From NCBI GenBank assembly GCA_046861395.1, contig JBHHUC010000042.1:1-17930 (forward strand): a stretch of DNA of 17,930 nt, read 5' to 3'. The stretch's first letter is position 1, and each line of letters opens with the position of its first letter. The notes under the pieces are model-generated. The model did not search any database and was not told the DNA's origin. It was given only the letters and a program-made list of their open reading frames with translations. This document shows, piece after piece, positions 1 to 7,797 of this stretch. The position numbers and the translations under genes were made by a program. This stretch comes from Fidelibacterota bacterium. GTDB taxonomy: Bacteria > Fidelibacterota > Marinisomatia > Marinisomatales > JABMOV01.

Positions 1-1380
1 TTACAGCAGGCCGTGTTTTTTCAATTTATAGCGCATCTGGTCGCGGGAAATCTTCAGGCGTTGTGCGGCCCGGGACTGGTTGCCCTGTTCCTGATTCAGG
101 CTCCATTGGATAACATCCTTTTCAATATCAGACCAGGTTTTCCCTTCCAGGTAGGCGTCCAGGGAAAAGACCCCGTCGGGGGTTTCGGCCTTGACGCCGG
201 TTACGGCATTCTGGATGTGGGGCGGTATATGCCACGGTTCCACCTTGGTGGGGCGTTCCAGCAGAAAAATCCGCTCCATGGTATTTTTCAATTCCCGCAC
301 ATTCCCGGGCCAGTCATAGGCACACATGATATCCAGGGCCGATTTGGAAAACCCCTTCACGCGCATTTTCAATTCCACATTGAACTGTTCCGTCAGCTTT
401 TCGATAAGCAGAGGAATATCCTCCTTCCGTTCCCGTAACGGGGGCAGAGTCATGGATATGACATTGAGCCGGAAATAGAGATCTTCCCGGAACATGCCGT
501 CTTCCATTTCCTGGCGCAGGTCCCGGTTGGTGGATGCGATGATCCGCACATTCACTTTTATCTCCCGGGTTCCGCCGACCCGGTAGAAGGACTTGGTTTC
601 CAGAAAACGCAGGAGCTTGGCCTGAAAACTGATGGGAATTTCTCCGATTTCATCAAGATATACCGTACCCCGGTGGGCCAGTTCCACCTGACCGGTCTTC
701 TGCGACTTGGCATCGGTAAAGGCTCCTTTCTCATGGCCGAACAATTCGCTTTCCAGTAAATGTTCCGATAGAGAAGCACAGTTTACAGTAATAAACGGTT
801 TATCCTTCCGGGGGCTGTGTTCATGAATGATGCGGGCCAGGGTATCCTTCCCTGTTCCCGTTTCTCCCAGCATGAGGATGGTTCCCGTATCCGTTCCGAC
901 AATTTTCTGGACGGTTTCCATGATGGGGGTCATGGCCCGGGACTGGCTGATGTAATTCCCCATCTGGTACCGCTTTTCTTCCTCTTCTTCAATCCGATCC
1001 ATTTTCTTTATCTTGTCTTGTTGTTCAATCGCCCGTTCCACCATGAGCGACACTTCTTCCAGATTGATGGGTTTGTTCAGATATTCATAGGCCCCCAGCT
1101 TCAGTGCTTCTACGCTGACAGCATCCGTACCGTAGGCGGTCATAAAGAAAATAATGATGGAGGATGAAAGTGGGTGGATTTCCCGCAGAATTTCGATTCC
1201 GGAAATATCGGGCAGGCGAAAATCCACGAACAGAATATCAGGCGGGTCGGATTTTATTTTCTGGACACCGTCCCGTCCGAATTCAGTAATGGTAGTTTCA
1301 ATGTTCATCTTTTTCAACTGTTCACTCAAAGACCATGCGACCAGTTTTTCATCTTCAATAATCAGGGCACGTAATGTCAT
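1..1380 (-). CDS. Sigma54-dependent response regulator (NtrC/AtoC family; REC-AAA+-Fis HTH)
   Basis: Receiver domain (IIEDE, ILFVDFRLPD, MTAYG, YLNKP). Walker A GETGTGKD, ESELFGHEKGAFTDA, Walker B YLDEIGE, FREDLYFRLNV, WPGNVRELKN. C-terminal HTH NQSRAAQRLKISRDQMRYKLKK. RBS GGAGAGGAGG upstream. Confidence 0.97.
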   Translation of the reverse strand: MTLRALIIEDEKLVAWSLSEQLKKMNIETTITEFGRDGVQKIKSDPPDILFVDFRLPDISGIEILREIHPLSSSIIIFFMTAYGTDAVSVEALKLGAYEYLNKPINLEEVSLMVERAIEQQDKIKKMDRIEEEEEKRYQMGNYISQSRAMTPIMETVQKIVGTDTGTILMLGETGTGKDTLARIIHEHSPRKDKPFITVNCASLSEHLLESELFGHEKGAFTDAKSQKTGQVELAHRGTVYLDEIGEIPISFQAKLLRFLETKSFYRVGGTREIKVNVRIIASTNRDLRQEMEDGMFREDLYFRLNVISMTLPPLRERKEDIPLLIEKLTEQFNVELKMRVKGFSKSALDIMCAYDWPGNVRELKNTMERIFLLERPTKVEPWHIPPHIQNAVTGVKAETPDGVFSLDAYLEGKTWSDIEKDVIQWSLNQEQGNQSRAAQRLKISRDQMRYKLKKHGLL

Positions 1381-1397
1381 GAGGCCTCCTCTCCGGT

Positions 1398-2870
1398 TCA
1401 GACAACCGGCAGTTCAATAATAAATTTGGTCCAGGGAAAACTTTCATTGCAATCCACCAGGATTTTCCCGCCATGCTGCTCCAGTATTGATTTGGACAGC
1501 GACAATCCCAGCCCACTGCCTTTATGCTTGGTTGTGAAAAATGGTTTGAAGATGGATTTCCGTCGGTCAGCCGGAATGAAACTGCCGGTATTTTTAATGC
1601 ATAACCGCACCAGTTCGGGTCGTGGTGTTTCCACGGAAATTTCAATGGTTGCATTTTCCGTTCCCAGGGTAGCTTGGTGGGCATTCAGGAGAATATTGGT
1701 AATCACCTGTTTCAGGGCTTCCTTGTCTCCCTTGATCTCCACGCCATGGGGAAAACGATGTTCGATAATTTCAATATGATCCGATTTAATCTTTTCCCGG
1801 TGCAGGCTCAGGACTTCGTTCACAGTTTCCTTCAAGCTTACCGGTTCCATTTTCAATTTCAGCGGTCTGCTGAAATCTAGTAGATCCTGGACGGTTTTCA
1901 GGACGCGATCAATCTGGGAAAAGATTTCTTCCAGGATGGGATTGTCTTTTCCTTTGTCATCGCCATTCATGATGATCAGGGCATTGCGGATTCCAGAAAT
2001 GGGATTGCGGATTTCATGGGCCACGCTGGCAGCCAGTTCGCCGATGCTGGCCAGTTGCCCGGCCCGGTCCATCTGGATCTGGTGCAGGCGTTCGATTTCC
2101 TTTTTCTTGGCATCCAGTTCAGCGGCCATGGCATTGATATTATTGGCCAGAGCCTGGAGTTCACCGGGTGTTTTCACGGTAATGCGCTTGGAGAAATCAC
2201 CGCTCTTGATTTTCTCTACCTGCCGCTGGATCTTATCATAGGGACGCTGGAAGAAATTCTGATGCATGATGCCGATACTGAAGGTGACGAAGCCGATGAT
2301 GATGATGAAACTGATAAAATCAAACGTGAGCATCATTTGATAGGCTTGTTCTTCGGCATTGCTTTCCACGCCGATTTCGATGAATCCGCGGTGGCTTTGG
2401 GTATCATCGTGGCATTCGTAACAGGCCGGCCGATTGTGAATTCCCGTAATCATGCGCAGTACCGGCGGATCATTGTCATCGGTATAGACATAGAGACTGT
2501 CACGATTATTGTTGATGTCCAGTATTTCCCTGGGAATGGCCAACGTGTCCCCGATGAGGGTGGTATCGGTTGCAAAAGCAACTACAAATTCATTATTCAG
2601 CACATTCACCCACTGAACATTACTGTTCATTTCCATTTCATCGAGCAATAATTGGAAATGATCCGGTTTATGGTATTTCATATTGTGGACAATTTGATTA
2701 TTGACCAATGATTCCAGTGGTTTGATGAGAATGACGATATACTGGTGGAAAATTTTCTTCCGGTATTCATCAATGGCAAAAATCATGGCAGCCCCCAGGA
2801 CCACCATGCCGGTCATAAGAAGAATAATCATTTTGGTTCGCCAACGCAGCCCGCGTATGAAGGAAATCAT
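1398..2870 (-). CDS. Membrane sensor histidine kinase with periplasmic c-type heme motif (TM-sensor[CYECH]-TM-HAMP-HisKA-HATPase)
   Basis: Two hydrophobic segments flank a periplasmic domain containing CYECH (2409-2423). HAMP (GDFSKRI...GELQALANNINAMA), H-box LAASVAHEIRNP, N-box QVITNILLNA, IFKPFFTTK, GSGLGLS. Confidence 0.95.
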   Translation of the reverse strand: MISFIRGLRWRTKMIILLMTGMVVLGAAMIFAIDEYRKKIFHQYIVILIKPLESLVNNQIVHNMKYHKPDHFQLLLDEMEMNSNVQWVNVLNNEFVVAFATDTTLIGDTLAIPREILDINNNRDSLYVYTDDNDPPVLRMITGIHNRPACYECHDDTQSHRGFIEIGVESNAEEQAYQMMLTFDFISFIIIIGFVTFSIGIMHQNFFQRPYDKIQRQVEKIKSGDFSKRITVKTPGELQALANNINAMAAELDAKKKEIERLHQIQMDRAGQLASIGELAASVAHEIRNPISGIRNALIIMNGDDKGKDNPILEEIFSQIDRVLKTVQDLLDFSRPLKLKMEPVSLKETVNEVLSLHREKIKSDHIEIIEHRFPHGVEIKGDKEALKQVITNILLNAHQATLGTENATIEISVETPRPELVRLCIKNTGSFIPADRRKSIFKPFFTTKHKGSGLGLSLSKSILEQHGGKILVDCNESFPWTKFIIELPVV

Positions 2871-2881
2871 CTTTCGTCCTT

Positions 2882-3859
2882 TCAGGGTAAAAACGTTGTT
2901 TTAATCCGGCGTCTGATTTGCCGGGCACTTTTCTTGAATTCCGATTTGGCCTGTTCCACGTCTCCCAGTTTTTCATAAACCAGTCCCCGCCAGAAATGAA
3001 CCCGGTACATGTCCTTCATGGTGGTTACGGCCGTAAAATAATCCCTGGCAGTAACATAATCCCCGGATTCATAGGCCAAAATCCCTAACCCCATCAATAC
3101 AAAATTGGAGGAATCAATCGCAGCCAACCCTGAAAACACCGTGCGGGCGGAGTCATCCTGCCCGTTCTGTATGAGGGCATAGCCCAGCAGAATTCGGTCC
3201 TCCACCGTCAATGTATCCAGTTTACTGATTTCTATCAATGCCAGTTGGTGTTTACCACGCAAGTAGAGTTCCATTGCCAAAGATTCACGCCGTTTCTGTC
3301 GTTTGTCTTGGCGGGAAACAACCGTCGTATCCGGGCGATGAAAGAGGGTGACATATTCAGCGCTGAGAAAATCATTCAAATGCCGGATGAAACCCTGATT
3401 GAATCCCGGGAAATAGGCCAGCAATACTCCTGTGGAGGACACCAGCATGACCGTGGGATAGACCTTCAAGCCGAACTGGGAATAATGATCGAAATGCGGG
3501 TCTGGCACGGAAATCCAGTCGACTTCATTTTCGGTGAACGGCGTGCCGCGATGAAGATGAACCGGCAGAATTGTATCCCGGGGAACGGGTGCCAGAAAGC
3601 GGTCGAGTTCAGTAAAAATCCGTTCCGAATAGTGCTGATCACTACGGGTAAACAGCAATAGAATCGTCGTCCGGGGGGATAGGGCCGGGTCATCAGCCCA
3701 GACCGGTTTCACCAGCAACGAATCAGACAGGGTATCGCCGATATGCCAGATGCGTCCGGCCGCCTGTCCCGGTTCCGATACCCAGCCTCCCAGCGTCAGG
3801 CTGATCAGCAGGAGGCCGACCAGAAACGGCAGCGCATGGTGAGCGGGGGTATAGGACAT
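2882..3859 (-). CDS. Exported protein with thioredoxin/redoxin-like N-terminal domain (no CXXC) and C-terminal TPR repeats
   Basis: N-terminal hydrophobic signal. TTILLLFTRSDQHYSERIFTEL and YSQFGLKVYPTVMLVSSTG resemble the Trx-fold active-site and cis-Pro segments. TPR-like helices (LLGYALIQNGQDDSA, GLGILAYESGDYVTA, FWRGLVYEKLGDVEQAKSEF). Confidence 0.7.
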   Translation of the reverse strand: MSYTPAHHALPFLVGLLLISLTLGGWVSEPGQAAGRIWHIGDTLSDSLLVKPVWADDPALSPRTTILLLFTRSDQHYSERIFTELDRFLAPVPRDTILPVHLHRGTPFTENEVDWISVPDPHFDHYSQFGLKVYPTVMLVSSTGVLLAYFPGFNQGFIRHLNDFLSAEYVTLFHRPDTTVVSRQDKRQKRRESLAMELYLRGKHQLALIEISKLDTLTVEDRILLGYALIQNGQDDSARTVFSGLAAIDSSNFVLMGLGILAYESGDYVTARDYFTAVTTMKDMYRVHFWRGLVYEKLGDVEQAKSEFKKSARQIRRRIKTTFLP

Positions 3860-3861
3860 TT

Positions 3862-5169
3862 TTAATTACTTTGCCGGTCGCGCCGGTAGGTTTTTTCCGA
3901 ATGACAGCCAGGCGCACAACTGCCCCCTTTATCACTCGGTGTAAAGTTGATGGGAAGTAGCCATTTCCCGAATGGCACTCCTTCCCGGATATGGTAGGGT
4001 TTCTGGGAAGCGTGTGTTTCATGGCAGGCGCGACAGGTCCGTCCTTTTTCACGGTTTATGTGAAGGTAATGGAGATTTCGGTCACCATCGCGGAAATTGG
4101 TAAGCACCGCTGTGTTTTGATCAAAGACATTTTCCGCCGGATGGCACTGATAACAAAGGGCATAGTTTTCCACATCGAATCGTTCATAAAAAGATGCCGG
4201 ATAACGGTGCTTCAACAAACGGAAATTGGCGGAACTGTGGGGCTGATGACAGCCGGTACAATCCTTGTCGCGAATGGGGCCGTGCCAGTCTTCGTTCCTA
4301 TCCAGCAAACGCTTCATATTGGCCAGGCCGCCTTTTTTCCGATCGGGATTTTTATTATGGCAACTAAGACAGAGATCGAAACTTTCCGATTTCAGATTTT
4401 TATTTACTGAGGAACCGTGAGGATTATGACAATTCATGCAGGTCTTATCCTTTTCCACGGCTTTATGCACCGTTGTATCGCCTTCTATGCCTTCTTGGAT
4501 TTCATCATGACAACCGAAACATAGGTCCGGCGCCGGATCAATCAACTGAAATTTCGCTTCCGATGAATGGGGACTGTGACAGTTGGAACACGATTCTTCC
4601 ACCGGGTCGTGCTGAAACGCGAAATTGGTGATTTCCTCTTTCTTGGTTTCATGACATTCATAGCAGGTGCTGTTCACTTCATCATAGCGCAACAGGTATC
4701 CCTTGGTATTGTCATGTCCGGAATGGCAGACATCACAGGCGCCGACGGCCACCGGCCCATGGGTGTATTCATGTTCTTCCTGACCCACTTCATGACAATC
4801 ATTGCACACGTCGGCCGTTGTTTCACCGCGCAGCAAATTGGAGAAATTGCTCTGGTGGGGATTGTGGCAGGTTGTGCATTCACCGTCTTCCACCGGTTGA
4901 TGCAGTTCGGAATATTCTTCAGTAACATCATGACAGCCGGTACATAAATCCAAAATGGATTCTTCCACCAGTTCGAATTCGTTCCCCCGCCCGTCCGGAT
5001 GTCGTTTTTTCACCTGATCGTGGCAGGCACCGCAGTCGTCATCTTCCACCGGGACATGGAGGTATTCCATTTCCACCTGGTCGGCGTGACAACCGGCAGC
5101 CGTACAATCCTGTGCTCCGGCGGGAACCACCAAGACAAATGTCAGGCTGATATATAATATGGGTTTCAT
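3862..5169 (-). CDS. Periplasmic multiheme c-type cytochrome, 13 CXXCH + 1 CX4CH + 1 CX3CH (paired-CXXCH repeat type)
   Basis: Sec signal peptide ending AGA/QD. Motifs counted in the translation. Repeated unit H-x-P-V..C..CH.PH.S....LL......C..CH. TAATG overlap with the upstream stop codon. Confidence 0.95.
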   Translation of the reverse strand: MKPILYISLTFVLVVPAGAQDCTAAGCHADQVEMEYLHVPVEDDDCGACHDQVKKRHPDGRGNEFELVEESILDLCTGCHDVTEEYSELHQPVEDGECTTCHNPHQSNFSNLLRGETTADVCNDCHEVGQEEHEYTHGPVAVGACDVCHSGHDNTKGYLLRYDEVNSTCYECHETKKEEITNFAFQHDPVEESCSNCHSPHSSEAKFQLIDPAPDLCFGCHDEIQEGIEGDTTVHKAVEKDKTCMNCHNPHGSSVNKNLKSESFDLCLSCHNKNPDRKKGGLANMKRLLDRNEDWHGPIRDKDCTGCHQPHSSANFRLLKHRYPASFYERFDVENYALCYQCHPAENVFDQNTAVLTNFRDGDRNLHYLHINREKGRTCRACHETHASQKPYHIREGVPFGKWLLPINFTPSDKGGSCAPGCHSEKTYRRDRQSN

Positions 5170-6815
5170 TAATAGTCCTCCGGTTTATGATCTTCCCCAT
5201 GGCAGCGTAAATAACATTTTCCATGGTTATTTCCTAAATCCTCCCAATACAAGGAACCTTGTGAATTGGGGGTCACATAATCGGTATTGAAATTGATTAA
5301 ATGGGTATTATTGTACGATCCATGGGGATCGTGGCAAGTGGTACAGGCCGCCTTTTTCTTTTCCACATGCTCCTTATGTTTAAAACGCGATTCATCATTC
5401 AGGATGGAGGCCCGATCGTGACACTTATAGCACAAGGCATAAATACTGGATGATTCTGAATTATAATCGGAAAAAATCTGCTGCCGTTCCAGGATCGGAG
5501 TATAATTTGATCCGTGTGGCCCGTTGGGTGACTGTCCATTAACAACACCATTATTATTATGACAGTCAGTACAATACATGATGGAATTCTCATTCCAGGG
5601 TGTAATCAAACTGGGTACATTGTTATTCCGACCAATTCCAAAAACAGGATGATAGGAAGGATTGGATTCGGAAAATTCCAGACGAAGATTAGTCTGGCTA
5701 TCCAGGCGTGGTACATAAACATTATTCCCCAGTGCGTTTTCATGACATTTCAGACAAACTTCATATTCATAGGCCACGGCATTGACGGCACTACCGCTTT
5801 TATCTACCCCCGAGGCCCCACTCAGAGCGCCGGACGCGTAGGGCGCGGTGGCGTTGCCGGTTGTGGCTGTGTGGGGACTGTGACAATCGGTACACTCCAC
5901 GTGTGTGGACATCTGGTTCAGATCCTCGTTTGGTGAATGAATCATGGTATAATCTTCCACCGGGTGAGTCGACGATTTGACCAGGGAGGATTGAATATCC
6001 GCCTGGGCCACATTTCCGTTATGACAGATCAGACAATTATCTTCTTCGGCGCTGGCTTTCAGCAACCAGTAAGCGCCATTTCCCCCATGGGGGGTGTGAC
6101 AATTATTACAGGAATTTTCATTTACCGTCGTCCAATCGGTATTGGGCCAGGGATCGGGAGACTGTCCGTTCCAGGTGGCCGTGGACGTGAAGTGGGCTCC
6201 GCTGGACCAGGTGGATACATTATGACAACGGGCACATATGGCCCCGCCCACCGGGTTTTCCACCAAAAAATCGCCGGCAGAATTATCATGGGGATCATGA
6301 CAGGAAGAGCATTCCAGGGGATTGCTTTCGTCGGTATGCATATCGTGACATCCATTGCAATTATAACCGACCGGATGACTATCCAGATTCAGGGGATGAT
6401 CATCACTCAGGTTTTCAGAAAGGTTGGTACGATAGGAAGTGGGAATCTTATCCATCCCGACGGGAAATGCTATGGGATCAGGTCGTGTCAGTACCAAACC
6501 GAGCGCGACCGTTCCGTCGTGACAGCTCAGGCAGAGTCGTGAGGACTGTCCCGGTTGCATAGTATTGGTTTGGAGGGATGGACTGCCGTACAGGGTATAC
6601 GTTACATTGGAGGCCGAACGATTCCATAGCGGAGCGTCGGTAGCTCCGCCATGGGTGGCATGGCAGAAGATACAGACTTCATTTTCTTCTGTGGATTTAA
6701 GTTCTCCCGTTCCGGATATGGATAAATTATGCTTTGTATTTATGATAGAACTCTGGGCTGACAAACCATAGGCGCAGACCAGTAATAATGTTATGCCAAT
6801 GATGGGTTTATTCAT
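5169..6815 (-). CDS. Multiheme c-type cytochrome, 12 CXXCH + 1 CX3CH, N-terminal OmcE-like domain; probably extracellular
   Basis: Signal peptide MNKPII...LSA/QS (start ATG 6815 preferred, 6827 possible). 13 heme motifs counted. SIINTKHNLS, CIFCHATH, PLWNR, CLSCHDG, NLSDDHP, LECSSCHDPHDN. Asn/Ser/Thr-rich composition. Confidence 0.93.
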   Translation of the reverse strand: MNKPIIGITLLLVCAYGLSAQSSIINTKHNLSISGTGELKSTEENEVCIFCHATHGGATDAPLWNRSASNVTYTLYGSPSLQTNTMQPGQSSRLCLSCHDGTVALGLVLTRPDPIAFPVGMDKIPTSYRTNLSENLSDDHPLNLDSHPVGYNCNGCHDMHTDESNPLECSSCHDPHDNSAGDFLVENPVGGAICARCHNVSTWSSGAHFTSTATWNGQSPDPWPNTDWTTVNENSCNNCHTPHGGNGAYWLLKASAEEDNCLICHNGNVAQADIQSSLVKSSTHPVEDYTMIHSPNEDLNQMSTHVECTDCHSPHTATTGNATAPYASGALSGASGVDKSGSAVNAVAYEYEVCLKCHENALGNNVYVPRLDSQTNLRLEFSESNPSYHPVFGIGRNNNVPSLITPWNENSIMYCTDCHNNNGVVNGQSPNGPHGSNYTPILERQQIFSDYNSESSSIYALCYKCHDRASILNDESRFKHKEHVEKKKAACTTCHDPHGSYNNTHLINFNTDYVTPNSQGSLYWEDLGNNHGKCYLRCHGEDHKPEDY

Positions 6816-7797
6816 AGAGCATCTCAAATATCTGAATCCGTTTATTCATGGTATCGGTCACATAAATCATGTCCCCGTCGATTTCCAAGTCAGTGGGCGA
6901 CAATAATTCACCTGTTTTGTGACCGGAGTTGCTCACAACCAGGAGACAGGATCCGTTTTGATTGAAAATCTGAAAATTATCGAAACTGGTATCGATGGTA
7001 TAGACACGGCCGGCAATATCCACACCCACTCCCTTGGGACGATTCAATTGACCGGCGGCCAGGCCGCGCTCCCCGAATGCAGCGCGAAAGGACCCGTCGG
7101 GACGGAAACTCACGACCCTGAAATTCATCGTATCGGAAACATATATGGTACCATCCGGTGTCACGGTTAAAAAGGTGGGATAATTCAAATAACCGGTCTC
7201 AGCCCCGTGTTTACCCAGCGTCCGCAAATAGCGCCCGTCCCGGTCCAAAACCAGGACACCGTGCCGTTCGGTGTCAACAACATAATAGTGTCCGTCATGG
7301 TAGCGAATACCGGTCAATCGGCCGATGTCCGCCTGAGGAACAAGATAACGCCGAAATGTTCCATCCTTTCTGAATTCCCAGATACCGGGTCCGGCCGTGG
7401 ACGTAACCGCCAAACCATCATCGGTCCAAGTCACATCAATGGGGACGAATAACGCTTTTTTCTCCACGTCATCCGGGCCGATGAACCGATATTTTCGTGA
7501 CTCTGGGTTCAAGATGAAAACGCCCTTTTTCCCAGGATCGGCTACGGCAATCAAGCCGTTTTCCACGGCCAGACCCATCGGTTGCATGAAAAATGGTTTT
7601 TGTTCGCCGCTCAAGAGACGGGCCAGCCAGGTTTTCACTCCCGAATCCTTGCGGTAACCGGAAATATCCGCGATTGATCCCACCCAGCGGACCTTGGGAT
7701 CTTCGGGCGGGTCGGGCCATACCCAATCCGGCGATTGTCCCAGCAGGGGAAACAAAAGCAGGAAGGTCAGGATCTGAAATCGAGTTGTATTTTCCAT
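6808..7797 (-). CDS. Exported NHL-repeat six-bladed beta-propeller protein
   Basis: Signal peptide, then WPDPPEDPKVRW. NHL repeats such as LNYPTFLTVTPDGTIYVSDTMNFRV, LNRPKGVGVDIAGRVYTIDTSFDNFQIF, LSPTDLEIDGDMIYVTDTMNKRIQIF. Confidence 0.92.
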   Translation of the reverse strand: MENTTRFQILTFLLLFPLLGQSPDWVWPDPPEDPKVRWVGSIADISGYRKDSGVKTWLARLLSGEQKPFFMQPMGLAVENGLIAVADPGKKGVFILNPESRKYRFIGPDDVEKKALFVPIDVTWTDDGLAVTSTAGPGIWEFRKDGTFRRYLVPQADIGRLTGIRYHDGHYYVVDTERHGVLVLDRDGRYLRTLGKHGAETGYLNYPTFLTVTPDGTIYVSDTMNFRVVSFRPDGSFRAAFGERGLAAGQLNRPKGVGVDIAGRVYTIDTSFDNFQIFNQNGSCLLVVSNSGHKTGELLSPTDLEIDGDMIYVTDTMNKRIQIFEMLYE

